From NCBI GenBank assembly GCA_965240325.2, contig OZ251224.1, positions 3,782,001-3,846,000 on the forward strand: a stretch of 64,000 bases of DNA, in the 5' to 3' direction. Below are positions 1 through 11,428 of the stretch, piece after piece. Within the stretch, counting starts at the first letter, position 1. Each line of letters starts with the position of its first letter. Below the pieces are notes generated by a model that was not told where the DNA came from, ran no database searches, and was given only the letters and a program-made list of their open reading frames with translations. The position numbers and the translations under genes were made by a program. This DNA comes from Rebecca billardiae RCC1528 (lineage: Eukaryota > Protista > Haptophyta).

Positions 1-51
1 CGCAGTAGACGCGTATAGCTTGGTCATCATCAGCACTCACGCACGCAGTCG

Positions 52-3000
52 TCATCGGAAGGCGACTGATGACGACCGCTGCAGTCCGACGACAGACCTT
101 CGGCCCAATCTGCTGGGGCTGCGGCTGACGCTGCGCCGGTCGCCGCCGGAGTCGGCGAGAATGGTGTCTTCGGGTGCGAGACCGTCGTCGTTGGCGGCTG
201 GGTCCCGCTCGTCGTCGACACTGTAGCGCTCCGCCTCTGCCCGCTGCTCGTTGCCATCGTATCCATCCGCCGGCTGGCCCTGCGCCTGCAGCTCGGCGTC
301 GTACTGCAGGAGCTGCTTGAGGTCGTGCTGGCTGTGCGCCTTGGACAGGCGCGCGCGCGGGAAGCTCGAGTGGCCAATCATCTCCAGCGCGAGGCCGGCA
401 TGCGTGGCGATGGCTTCCGCGGCCGCGACGTCGGCCGTGCTGAAGAGGAGCAGCCCGCGACCCTCGTCCGCGCTCATCCTGCGCTTGTGGTGCGCGTGCT
501 GCTCGTGCGCCAGCCTGTCCGTCAGCTGCAACACACCAAAGAGCTCACCGGCGCGCGACTTGATGAGCACCGCGATGCCTCCGCGCGCGCGGTCGAACCT
601 GAGCATCGCCTCGCGGCGCACGTCCTCGTCCGCGCCGTTGAGGGCGGGCGTGCTGCGCGCGTGCGGCTCGCTGTGCTGCATCGCCGTGTCGCGCGCCTTG
701 AGCAGCGGCTGCACCACCACCGTCGCGCCGCTCCCAATCGCGTTTGCAGCGAGGACGGCCGTCGAGCTGTCCGACTGCTCGGTGCGCCGCTGCTCGCGCC
801 GGAGCTCGAAGCCGCTGGCGGTCTGGAGGGCGTCGCCCGGCGAGCTCCGCGCGGCGAGCCGGAGCCTGAGGGTGTCGCCGTCGACGAAGTAGATCGACGC
901 GGCGCGCACGTGCAGCAGCGCCTCCGCGGCCGCCGCGAGCCGCTGCGCGTACGCGTGCGCGCGCATCGTCACCGAGCCGCGCCCGTTGGGCGCCTCCTCG
1001 AGCAGCGCGGTGCTCGTGAGCAGCAGCTCGTTGCGCATGTGCAGCTCGTTCGCGCGCTGGTCGGCCATCGAGACCGCGCGCATGCTCCGCGCGGCGCGGG
1101 CGAGGCTGAACGTCCGAATCAGCGCGCCGGTCAGCCTCGCCCACCGGTCGACCGTGCGCTTCTGCGCCGCGAGCACTGCGTCCGCGCGCAGAGCGAGCGC
1201 GGCGCTCGCGCCGAGCAGCACGGCCGCGGAGAGCTGCGGCGGTGCTGCGCGCGCCTTGTCCCACAGCGCGGTGCCGAGCGCTCCCGCCGCCGTCGGAGGC
1301 GGCGCCGGGGCGCCCTCCACGTCGAGCGCGACGATCAGCTGCTCGCCCGCCGCGATGTCGTGCGCGCTCACCGCCGCCCATCCGCGAACACCGTCCGCGT
1401 CGCGGAACGGTACGACGCGGCCGGCGCTGCCGCCGTCCAGCGCGCCTAGCACGCGCTGGAGCGCAGGGGGGGCGAGGGCGTGCTGCGGCACGGCGGCAGC
1501 GGGGGTCTCGGAGGGCGGCGGCTCTGCGCCGGCGCGATCGGCCCGCGCGATCGTAGCCACCATCATCTCCTCCGCGCCCCGGCCGTGTGCGGCTGTGGGC
1601 AGCTTGCCGCGCGCGCGCCGCAAAAGCGTCACCCCCTGCACGCCCGCGAGCCCCGCCGCGGCGCGCGCGGCGGCGGCGCACGCGGCCTCGCCGCCGCGGC
1701 TGTCTGCGAGCGCGACGGCGAGGTCACGCACGAGCCCTGCGCTCGCGCTCGCGTGCCGAGCTGCCTCGTCTTGCGCGCGCTCCACGACGGCGCGCGCGCG
1801 CGCGATGCCCTCGAGCCGAGCCTGGATGCTGCGCGCCAGCCAGCCGACGCGCGTCGCGTCAGCCGGCAGCCACGTCAGCGCCGCGCCGGCGGCGGAGCGG
1901 CCGCCGTCCGCGTCCGGCGCGGCGCCCATGGGCGGCGTGGAGGGCTCGCGCGACACGGAGCCCTCCGAGCGCTCCGAGCCCTGGTCGGCGTTGCTCGCCG
2001 AGGAGGGCGAGCGCGTGCGCTCCTCCTCCTCCTCCGCCTCCTCCGCCTCCTGCGCCTCCTGCGCGTGCACGAGGAGCTCGAGCACGCCGAGCAGCGCTGC
2101 TCCGTTGGGGCCGCGCGCGCTCGCCCAGAGCGGGGCCGCGGCACTCGTGCTCCCAAAGGCAGGCGTGCCCGAGCGCACCGCAGACGCGACGATGTCGCTC
2201 GGCGCGCGCGGCTCCGCGCCCTGCGGCACCGACTCGCCGACTGAGCGGAGCCGCGCGCACAGCTCGTGCGGCTCTGCCGCTGCTGCCGCGCTCGCGCGCG
2301 CGCTGCCGGCGGCTGCAGCGGCGGAGGGCGGGAGCAGGAGCAGCCGCACGGCGATGCACGGCACGATCTGCGGCGCCTGGCTCCGCACGAGCGCGAGGAG
2401 CTCACGCTCGTTCTCGGCGCGGCCGAGGTCGGAGAGCAGCGCAAGCAGCGCGCGCGTTCGTCCGTCCTCGAGCTGCGAGGCGGGCGCCGCGGCCGACGTC
2501 CGCCCCGCGCCCTTCTGCGGCGCCGACGGTGCGGCGAGGCCGGGCGCATCCCCGCTGGTGGCGCCAGCGCGGCGGGCCTCGTGCTGAGACGCGCCGGGCA
2601 AGCCCGCGCCCACGGGCGCCAGCGTGCCGGGGCTTCGGCCGAGCGGACCCAGCTGTGTGCGCGAGGTCGGTCGGCTGAGCGACGGAGGCTGGGGCGCGCC
2701 GTGCTCGGCCAAGCGCTGGTCCACGGAGCTCGGCGGCCTGGCCGGAGCGGGCGAGCTCGAAGCCGAGGCTTCCTGCGCGAGCCGTCCGAGCTCGGATACC
2801 GTGACCTCCGCCGCCATCCTCGACGAGGCCGCAGCGGGCGTGACGTTCGAGGCGGGCATCTCATCCGCGGCGTGCAACGACGAGAGCAGCGGGAGCGCGG
2901 ACTTGCGCCGCCGCTCGCTCGCCGCGGGCAGCGTCGCGGCGCTCGATGCGCGGGGTGGAAGCGGTAAGGAGATGGCGGCGCGCGACGACGACGACTGGCG

Positions 3001-3297
3001 AGAGCTCGGCGGAGGCTCGGGAGCGCCGACGGGCTCGGGCGCGGCAAGCGTCGCAGAACGCGCCGAGGAGAAGGAAGAGAAGGATGGGTGTGACGACGAC
3101 GGCAGCGAGGCGGCGGGCGTGGCCGGTAGGCCAGAGCCGCGACGAGCGGGCGTACCAGCGAGCTCGTTGGCCGGCCACCGCTCGGCCGGCCTCAGCTCCG
3201 GCGCGTGGGTCGCGGGAGCTGACGAATAGAGGAAGCCGGGGATCGGCTGATTCATGTCGAGCAGCGTCGACGCGGCGCTGATGGCCTGCTCGAGCAT
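52..3297 (-). CDS. Multi-GAF-domain protein with low-complexity N-terminus
   Basis: ORF 52..3444; first ATG in a good context (GCCATG) at 3297. The C-terminal segment ASIYFVDGDTLRL...GIAVLIKSRAGELFGVLQLTDR...FSTADVAAAEAIATHAGLALE reads as a GAF domain. A more degenerate GAF-like unit (IVASAVRSG...LLGVLELL...WLPADATRVGWLARSI) lies upstream. Start uncertain. Confidence 0.65.
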   Translation of the reverse strand: MLEQAISAASTLLDMNQPIPGFLYSSAPATHAPELRPAERWPANELAGTPARRGSGLPATPAASLPSSSHPSFSSFSSARSATLAAPEPVGAPEPPPSSRQSSSSRAAISLPLPPRASSAATLPAASERRRKSALPLLSSLHAADEMPASNVTPAAASSRMAAEVTVSELGRLAQEASASSSPAPARPPSSVDQRLAEHGAPQPPSLSRPTSRTQLGPLGRSPGTLAPVGAGLPGASQHEARRAGATSGDAPGLAAPSAPQKGAGRTSAAAPASQLEDGRTRALLALLSDLGRAENERELLALVRSQAPQIVPCIAVRLLLLPPSAAAAAGSARASAAAAAEPHELCARLRSVGESVPQGAEPRAPSDIVASAVRSGTPAFGSTSAAAPLWASARGPNGAALLGVLELLVHAQEAQEAEEAEEEEERTRSPSSASNADQGSERSEGSVSREPSTPPMGAAPDADGGRSAAGAALTWLPADATRVGWLARSIQARLEGIARARAVVERAQDEAARHASASAGLVRDLAVALADSRGGEAACAAAARAAAGLAGVQGVTLLRRARGKLPTAAHGRGAEEMMVATIARADRAGAEPPPSETPAAAVPQHALAPPALQRVLGALDGGSAGRVVPFRDADGVRGWAAVSAHDIAAGEQLIVALDVEGAPAPPPTAAGALGTALWDKARAAPPQLSAAVLLGASAALALRADAVLAAQKRTVDRWARLTGALIRTFSLARAARSMRAVSMADQRANELHMRNELLLTSTALLEEAPNGRGSVTMRAHAYAQRLAAAAEALLHVRAASIYFVDGDTLRLRLAARSSPGDALQTASGFELRREQRRTEQSDSSTAVLAANAIGSGATVVVQPLLKARDTAMQHSEPHARSTPALNGADEDVRREAMLRFDRARGGIAVLIKSRAGELFGVLQLTDRLAHEQHAHHKRRMSADEGRGLLLFSTADVAAAEAIATHAGLALEMIGHSSFPRARLSKAHSQHDLKQLLQYDAELQAQGQPADGYDGNEQRAEAERYSVDDERDPAANDDGLAPEDTILADSGGDRRSVSRSPSRLGRRSVVGLQRSSSVAFR

Positions 3298-5237
3298 GGC
3301 GGCCGTTGGCCGCGCCGTGGGGGCTGCCGAGAGGGGCGGCTTGGCCGAGCATGATGGCTTGCGCTTCGCATGCGCGATGCCCGGACGCGCCGACATCGGC
3401 TTTGCACGCGACTGCGGGGGAGTGCGTTCGCAACCTTTCGCCAAAGGGAGGGAAGTGGAGCTTCTCGAGGGGCCCGCGTGCTCTTGGCTGGCTCTGGAAA
3501 GATTCCTCGTGGGCGGGGAGATGATGTGAATCTCGACAGATCTCCGTCTTAAGCTTTCTTCATTTCGGCGAATACGCCGGCGACCACGCGCGCAATAATC
3601 TGGCGGATATACTGCTCAATCTCCTCTGATCCGTACGTGGTGATGTGTGCTCATATGTGAATACCCCAACTGTTGATTATCAATCAACGAGTGGTATTGG
3701 CGTATTGCTCATGCCGCGTATCATCGTTCCGTCAATGTTCCACATGAGTTGTGATGCATATGTTTACGAATTGGCGACCGTTCGATCATTCATCAATCAC
3801 TCCGACGTCAGATGGTCCCAGACTCCGCGCGCGTGCCGCCCCTCGCCGCCCCGCCACTCTACGAGAAGGTTGCCAGCCATCCCCGCTGGCGGCGTCATCG
3901 CCGGATCGTCCGTCGGGGTGGATGGCGGGCAAGTAGACACCGATTGGAAGGGCATGCGCCGCATCGGCATGCTTGTCATCCGTCGTCTGTGCCACCTTGT
4001 CCCCGACGTGACTACGTGAGCGATCGCCTGCTCACGGCATTTAGTCTGCGGCGGCTTGCACGCGCTGCTCATTGCACGGCAGCAGAAACTGGGCGTGAGT
4101 ACGCGAGCTGACGCCACTGGAGTTGCAACACGCAGCACTGTGACCCTAGAAGAGAAGCGCCGTGCGGCTCATGCGTCCTGTAGCTGCTCTCATTGCTCTT
4201 CTGAGCCGTGCACATGATGACGATCCGGGCCGAATTGATGGCTGCCGGTGGGTATGGCCGATTGGCCGGTACTTGGGGCGATGATCATGAGACCCCACTA
4301 TTAACGGCACTTAGGTGCGACAGCGGCGCGTGGTGTGACACAGGCACGCTCAGTGACCGCACTACGCTGGACCGCACGGCCGTCTGATAATCCGATGACA
4401 TCCGCTGACTGACCGCCTGACGCGGTAACGGCGGGTTTAAGCCGGATCATCGGCAGCTTGTTGCTACACTGTCACGCAGTCACTTCGACGAGTCTCGGAC
4501 TCACGGAGTGACGTCGGACGGCCCGTGACTCGCCGTGTCCGTGAGAGGCGTGAGACATCAGCGGCGCTCCGGCACTGCCACGACTGGTGGTCATCTACTG
4601 GCGGCATTCCGCATTGGCTGCTGAGGGCTAGCAAGCTACCGCCTACCGTAGGCGGCATCTTGCGGCGTATTGCCATCTGTCATCCATCATCATCATGCAA
4701 CAACAATAAAGCGTATATGTATCATAAACCGGGCGGTTGTTCACGCGGTCCGCCCGTGTCTCGACTGTCTGTCGTGCCGCCTGCTCTGCGTGGCTGTCGT
4801 GATCCGAGCTCATCACAGCTGCTCTGCTCACTGCTGGCTGTGACAGAATGATGAGTAGATAGGAGTGTATAGGGGCTCCGCCATTGGCATTGACCGGGCC
4901 GGACCGTCGCCAACTCGCCAAGTCGCCCAAGTGGCAAGTCCCGGCAATATCATCGTCAGCAACAACTTGGGGTGAAGTCCGCCTCTGTGAGTAGACTCCG
5001 TCACCGTGTCTGGGGTGAGCCGTCAGCCGTCACGCGGCCGACCGACGGCCTGACGAGCTTGATTCTTGAAGAGTACGTGGCCCCGTGATCAGCGTCGGAT
5101 TCAGTGACACTGACAGTGACACTGCGGAGCAGAGTAAGTATATCATATATACAGGCTACTAGTACTAAGCGCAGGGATCCGTGACGGTAGTCACGGACCG
5201 TGTCCGTCACCGTCGAAATACTACTCGAATCGCGTCG

Positions 5238-7835
5238 TCAAAACACGGCTGCTGCCGCCATCACCGGCGGTCTCGCTGATGATGGCACAGCTGCGGGAAT
5301 CGTTGTCGCCCCTGCGCCGTCGGACTCGGTGGCTTTCGCCAGGGCCCTCGGCCTCGATGGTGGTGCCAGCGGCAGCTGGTTCGGGTGCTGGGGCTGGTGA
5401 GTGACGGGCTGCGGCTGCGCGCGCCGGCCGGCGCGCAGCGCGAGGACCTCGACATGTGCGCCGCGCTTGGCCCGCGAGCTGGGGGCGCGCCTGTGGCGGA
5501 CGGCGGCGACCGTCGTGCCATACGCTGCCGCGGTCGCTCGAGCCGTGCGAGCGCCGCTCGCGTGCGCGCGAGCGCCTGCTGCTGGCGCCGCGCCCGCCCC
5601 TGCGCGCGGCGTCGCGGCGCGCGCGCGCGCTCGCGCACGCCCGCCGGCTGCGCCGGCGCCGACGTCGCGCGCAGCCGCGGCTGCAATCACCGCGGCGGCG
5701 GCGGCGACGACGGCCGCGCTGGCGTCTGCGAGGGGCGGCTCTGGCACGGCTGAGCGCAGCGGCGATCCGCCGGGCGACGCACGCACACGCGCCGGAGAAG
5801 CAGACGCCGGCGTCGGTGCCCGGGCGGTTGCGGCAGGCTGGTCGTCCGCAGCCGGCGTGGAGTCGGACTCGGCGGCGGCAGCTCGTGTGGGCGGCGCGGG
5901 CGCTTCGTGCGCTTGCGCCGGCGGCCTCGCTTGCCGCCGTCGCCTGTACGATGGCGGCTGCGAGGGCCCCTGTGCCGTGCCCGCATCAGCCGCCACCGCG
6001 GCCCGAACCGCCTCGCCGCGCGGCGCGGGCGGCGGTGCTTCCGGCGGGCGCGCGTCCGCGTGCGCGCCAGGAGGGCGCGCGGCCGCGGTGCGGTACCGGC
6101 GGCCTCGAGCCGCGTGCACGGCCGGCGGCGGCATGTGCGGCTCCACAGCCGCAGGGCGCGGCGCGCCGTCGGCCCCTGGCCCCGTCGGACGCGCTGGCCC
6201 GGCCGGCGGTGGACCGGGCGGCGGCACGGGCAGCGCCGCCGCAGGCAGCGCAGGATGCGCCACCTCGGTGCCCGCGTGCGCTGCAGCGCGCGTGTGCAGC
6301 GCGCGCGCGCGCGGCAGGCCGGTCGGCGGCGCCGCGGGCGGCTGCGGCTTGATCACGATCTCGCCTTCCTCGCGCTGGGCTGCCGGCAGCACGGCGGCCT
6401 GCGGCAACGCGTTCTCCTTGCCCTCGCCCGCGCCCCCTGGCGCGCCGCCGGTCGTGCCAGCAGGCTGCTTGCTCTCGGGCCGAGCGGCGGCGCCGCCGAG
6501 AGCGGCCGCGCCGCCGAGCGCAAGCGCATGCGTCACGGGCGGCGGCGGCGCGGCCTTCCGGCTGGACAGCGGGGCGGGCGGCACGGGCGGCTGCGCGAGC
6601 GCTGCCTGCGCGCGAGCGGACGAGCGGTCCGTCTGCGCGCCGCCCTGCGCGCGCGGCGCGCGCCGGTGCGGCGAGGCGGCGGCCGCGCCAACGGCCGCGC
6701 CCAGGGGCGCGGCCGGCGGCGGCGCGGCCGGCGGCGCGAATGGCGGCATGCCCGCGGCGCGGCGCGCGCGCGAGGTGCGCACGAGCGCGAGCCAGTACGC
6801 GCCGCTCAGCGCGTCATGCCGGCCGGCGCGAACCGACGCGCCCACCGCCTGCGTGTCGTACCCCCGCGCCGCGAGCGTCGCCAGCACGCCCTCGTCCAGC
6901 GACTCGGTCGCGGCGCATGCGTCGAGCGCGGCGAGGGTGGCGGAGGGCTTGAGCGTAGGCGCGGCGTTCCGGCGGCCGGCGGCGCCGCGCCACACCCACG
7001 GGTGCCGGCGCACCTGCTCGATGGTGAGCCGCCGGCGCGGATCCGTCGTCAGCATCCGCCGGACCAGGTCGCGCGCGTCCGGACTCAGGTGCGGCGGCAG
7101 CGTGTACTCACCCGCGACGATGCGCCTGTACAGTCCGCGCGTCTGCGGGTGTTCGAACGGCAGCCGGCCGCAGAGCATGGCGAAGAGCGTGACGCCGAGG
7201 GACCACACGTCGACGGGCTGCCCCTCGTACCCGCCGCGCGCGCTGCGCACGAGCATCTCCGGCGCGGCGTAGCACGGCGAGCCGCACGCCGTGCGCAGCA
7301 TGCCGCCGCGCGCGCACCGCGCCGAGAGCCCAAAGTCTGCAATCTTGATGCGCGAGTGGTGGTCGATGAGCAGGTTCTCCGGCTTGATGTCGCGGTGGAC
7401 GACGCCGCAGCGGTGCAGATAGTCCAGCCCGTCCGCCGCCTGCGCGAAGAAGAAGCGCGCCTCCTCGTCGCCCAGCCGGCCGCGCCGCACGACGTGCCGG
7501 AAGAGCTCGCCCGCGGACGCAAACTCCATCACCATGTAGATCTTCTCGGCGGAGTAGAGCATCTCCCAGAGCCGCGTGACGTTGGCGTGGCGCACCATCT
7601 TGAGGATCCGCACCTCGCGCGACACCCGCTCGATCTCGTCTGCCGTGTAGATCCGCCGGCGCTCGAGCACCTTGATCGCGACCGTCTCGCCGACGTGCGT
7701 GTGCACGCCGCGCAGCACCGTGCCAAACGTGCCCTCGCCGAGCTTGCCCACGATGGCGTACGCGCCGATGTGCAGCCGGCCGTCAAGCCACCGCTCGCGC
7801 ACCAGGCCGCGGCCCGAGGGCAGCGCCGCCACCAT
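5238..7835 (-). CDS. SNF1/AMPK/MARK-related (CAMK group) Ser/Thr kinase with UBA-like domain and disordered tail
   Basis: Complete kinase motifs: LGEGTFGTV, VAIK, HRDIKPEN, DFG, TACGSPCYAAPE, DVWSLGV. These are followed by a UBA-like segment (LDEGVLATLAARGYD...SGAYWLAL). ATG at 7835 (MVAALPSG) is preferred over the track start because the upstream part overlaps the opposite-strand gene. Confidence 0.92.
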   Translation of the reverse strand: MVAALPSGRGLVRERWLDGRLHIGAYAIVGKLGEGTFGTVLRGVHTHVGETVAIKVLERRRIYTADEIERVSREVRILKMVRHANVTRLWEMLYSAEKIYMVMEFASAGELFRHVVRRGRLGDEEARFFFAQAADGLDYLHRCGVVHRDIKPENLLIDHHSRIKIADFGLSARCARGGMLRTACGSPCYAAPEMLVRSARGGYEGQPVDVWSLGVTLFAMLCGRLPFEHPQTRGLYRRIVAGEYTLPPHLSPDARDLVRRMLTTDPRRRLTIEQVRRHPWVWRGAAGRRNAAPTLKPSATLAALDACAATESLDEGVLATLAARGYDTQAVGASVRAGRHDALSGAYWLALVRTSRARRAAGMPPFAPPAAPPPAAPLGAAVGAAAASPHRRAPRAQGGAQTDRSSARAQAALAQPPVPPAPLSSRKAAPPPPVTHALALGGAAALGGAAARPESKQPAGTTGGAPGGAGEGKENALPQAAVLPAAQREEGEIVIKPQPPAAPPTGLPRARALHTRAAAHAGTEVAHPALPAAALPVPPPGPPPAGPARPTGPGADGAPRPAAVEPHMPPPAVHAARGRRYRTAAARPPGAHADARPPEAPPPAPRGEAVRAAVAADAGTAQGPSQPPSYRRRRQARPPAQAHEAPAPPTRAAAAESDSTPAADDQPAATARAPTPASASPARVRASPGGSPLRSAVPEPPLADASAAVVAAAAAVIAAAAARDVGAGAAGGRARARARAATPRAGAGAAPAAGARAHASGARTARATAAAYGTTVAAVRHRRAPSSRAKRGAHVEVLALRAGRRAQPQPVTHQPQHPNQLPLAPPSRPRALAKATESDGAGATTIPAAVPSSARPPVMAAAAVF

Positions 7836-8100
7836 CGCGGCCGCCGCGACACACAACTGCCCCGCGAGCTCCTTCAGCGCTCGGCCATGGAGGCCTGCAG
7901 GTGGGCGTGACTTTGAACGGGCCCGTTTCGGAATTTCAGACTGGCTGGTCGCAAACTCGGAGTGCGCGTCAGCCCTGCGCAGCTTCTCAACCCAGGACCG
8001 CCGCCGACGAGTCCGGCTCGGCGCGTGGACGGCAAGACGGCTGAAGCCGGGAATAAAAACCCAATTTGCCATCACGCAGCGCGCCAGCGGGAAATCTGCC

Positions 8101-9036
8101 ATGCGGCGCTGGACCGTCGGCGTGGTCCTCGGGGCGGCGGCGCTGGGCGCACCCGCCGCGGGCGGCTCGCAGCCCGTGCCCACGTCGTCGGTCGTCTCTA
8201 CCAGTGACGACGACTTCAGCGAAGCCGCGAGCGAGCTGACCGAGGCGCATGCACACGAGCTCGCGCACGCCATTCCACCCGACAGCAGCCGCGCGGCGGT
8301 GGGTGGCGCGGACGCCGCCCTGCTCGAAGAGCTGCAAACGCCGACGAACGACTCGGCCGAGCTCGAGGCCGCGTGGCTCGTGGACGATGCCACCGCTCAC
8401 GTCGACGAGGCGCGCACCGCCGACCTGCCCGACAGTGCTGCGCGAGCGCGCTCGCATGCGCATGCGTACGGGGCGGACAGCATGGCCGCCAGCGACGCCC
8501 CCGATGCGCGAGGGATGGACGACGGGCAGGCCGCCGTGGGAGTGCTGCCAAGAAGAGCAGACGAGCTCAATCTGGCGCTGCACTCGCTCGATGCTGCCCT
8601 CGCCGACGGGGAGGCCGACCCACAGCCGGGGCACGGCCCGGCCGAGCTGGCCGCGGCCGAGGCGGCAGCCGCCGCGGAGGAGGACCGCTGCTGCGCGGCC
8701 GAAGAGGGCGCCGAGGCGTGCGGCGAGGTTGTAGCGGCGGCGAGCGGCGTGGGTACCGCGGAGCGCGAGCAGCCCGTGTGGGCTGCGCAGGCCGCGCAGC
8801 CGGCGGGAGCCTCCGACGTGGGCGGGCCGGCAGCGGCTGAGACGGCAGCGGCAGGCGCCGAGGGCGATGTAGCGGCAGAGGTGCTGGACGCCGAGGCGCG
8901 CGAGCTCGTGGAGGGTCTGCCCCTCTCGGCTGCGACGAGCGGGCAGCCCACGCCCGCGGGCGAGCCAGGCCCGCAGCAACAGCCCGCGCCGCCACCCGCA
9001 GCGGAGCGCGCGGATGCTGCCGAGCGTGCCGAGAGC

Positions 9037-9070
<34 letters not shown>

Positions 9071-11052
9071 CTGGGGCCAACGTGGCAGGGGCGGCGGTGG
9101 CGGCGGCAGGGACGGGCGTGGGAGCCGCGGAGGACGAGCCGCCGCGTCCGGAGGGAGAGGCGCCATCCCCGGACGACGGGTCGCCATCGGCCGCCGCAGC
9201 GACGGCGGCACTGGGCGGGGCGTCGGCCGGAGCAGGTTCGACCGAGCGCGCGGCCGGCGTGGCCTCGGGTGGCGGCGGAGATGGAGGCCTGAGCGGCGTG
9301 ACGGAGACGCTGCCGCCCGTGGAGGGGGCAGCGCCCTCCGCGATGGACGCGGCGCCGCCCTCCGCGCCGCCCACCGTGGAGCGGGCAGCTCCGGCGGGAT
9401 CGGAGGCGACGGCGCCTGCGTGGCGCGGCGCCGACAGCGGTGCGGACGCGGCGGCCGCCGATGGCAGTGGCGGCACTGATGGTGGCGGTGGCGTCGAAGG
9501 CCTCGCCGCGGGCGGCATCGGCGCACACGGCGAGGCGGAACACGCCCAAACGCGCACGCCCCGCCGCGCTGTCCCGCGACAACGGCGGATGCCGCCGCGG
9601 CCGGCGCCGCCGCCGCCACGGCCCACTTTTGTGCCGCCCCGACCGCCGGCGGACTTTGGCGGCTGGCAGGGGGGCGGGGTGTCGCTGCCGCCCTCGGCGG
9701 GGCTGGAGCCGACGGGCGCCGGCTCGGCCGGCCCTGCACGCGCGCACGTTGTGCCGGAGGACGAGCCCGGAGCGCCCGCACCACAGGCCGAGCACGGGGG
9801 CGGCGCGCAGCGCGCGCGCAGGCGGCGCGAGCGCGCCGAGCGCGCGGCCGCGGCGCGGCGCGCGCCCAGCCCGCCTGCCTGGATGGGCGGCGCCGCGCCC
9901 GCCGCGCTGCTGCGTCCCTGGGAGCGCGTCGCGGCGGACACAGTGGTGGCGGTGGGCGCGGGCGCGCTCACGCACCCGCTGGACGTGCTCAAGGTGCGCG
10001 CGCAAGTGACGGGCCAGCGCGCCGCCGCGGGCGCGGCCTCGGAAGCGCGTCGCTTTCTCTTCAGGTGAGTGAGTTCGCGCGCGCGCGCGCGCGTGCGCGT
10101 GCGCGCGCCACCGGACACGGCTGTCTGTGCGCGCGCGCTCGCGCGGCGCCCGAGTGCTCCCCGCGCGAGGCCCCGCCCGCCGCCAGCTCGCGCCGCGCGT
10201 CGCCGCGCCGCGTGCTCGGCGGGCCCGGTGCGTCGCGCCGCTCAGGCGCCGGTGCGGCGCGCCCGCCCCTGCCGGCGCGCTCTCCGCTTGTCCGCCGGGC
10301 GCCGGTGGCGCAGTGGTCTCTCGGCCGGGGTGGCGCACCGCGCGGCCACCTCAGTGGTGCAGTCGGCAGCGCAGCTCGCGCTCTCGCCGCCCGCGCGCGC
10401 GCCCGCGTGCCTCGGCGCGCGGCGCGGCGCGAGCGCCGCCGCGACGGAGTGCGCCTCGCCGCGCGCCGTGCCGGCCGCGCGCGCGCTGCGCGTGCTCGCC
10501 AGCTGCGGCGCCGCGGCCCTCGCGTGCCCCCTGGAGGTGGCGCTCGTGCGGATGCAGACGGACCTGGTGCTCCCGCCCGCGCAGCGCCGGGGGTACCGCA
10601 GCGTGCACGACGCGCTGTGGCGCATCCTGTCGCAGGAGGGCGTGCGCACCCTGTGGCGCGGCGCGCTCGCGACCACCGTCCGCGCGGGCGTCGTGGCGAC
10701 GGCCTCGTGCGCCGCCGTCTCGTGCGCTCCGGCGTGGCTCGGCGGCGCCGACGCGCGCGCGCTCGCGCTGCGCGCCGCGCTCGCGCTGGCCGTGGGCGCG
10801 GCCGGCAGCATCGCCTCGCTCCCCATCGACGCGCTCAAGTCGCTCCGGCAGCACCAGGTGCGGCCGCCCGGCGGGCAGCTCGCCTACGGCTCGATCTCGC
10901 AGGCGGCGGCCAAGGTGACGCAGGCGGATGGCGTGCACGCGCTGTGGCGGGGCATCCTGCCCGCCGTCGCGACGACAGCGATCACTTCGGCGCTCGCCGC
11001 CGGCGCTGCGCTCGGCCTGGCCACGCTCGCGATCGCCGGCGCCCGCAGCTGA
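8101..11052 (+). CDS. Mitochondrial carrier family (SLC25, OGC/DIC/DTC-like) domain preceded by a signal-peptide-like N-terminus and ~590 aa low-complexity region
   Basis: Exons 8101-10064 and 10314-11052; the GTGAGT...GCAG intron 10065-10313 restores FLFSGLSAGV. Three carrier signatures: PLDVLKVRAQ, PLEVALVRMQ, PIDALKSLRQ. RMQTDLVLPPAQRRGYRSVHDALWRILSQEGVRTLWRG is typical of oxoglutarate/dicarboxylate carriers. Alternative in-frame ATG at 9883. Confidence 0.75.
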
Positions 11053-11223
11053 TCGAGGCCGATGCTGAGAGGCCGCCCCGCGGCACCCAGTGGCAGCAAC
11101 TCTCAGCACCCGCGACGCGCGTGCGGAGCAGCAGAGGCTGCGTCTACTCCGAGTCGTCTCATCACATCAGACGCAGTGTTGGAGCCCTCCGAGGGCTCGG
11201 AGCAGGCTACTGCTGGATTTGAA

Positions 11224-11428
<205 letters not shown>

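Noticed and set aside
3550-5200. Short ORFs and a small CCGCCTAC/GTAGGCGG hairpin in the spacer
   Set aside because: No motif or second copy to support a gene or element.
7836-8393. Overlapping N-terminal extensions of the kinase and the 7672 ORF
   Set aside because: Both rely on non-ATG starts; ATGs at 7835 and 8101 give a non-overlapping divergent pair.
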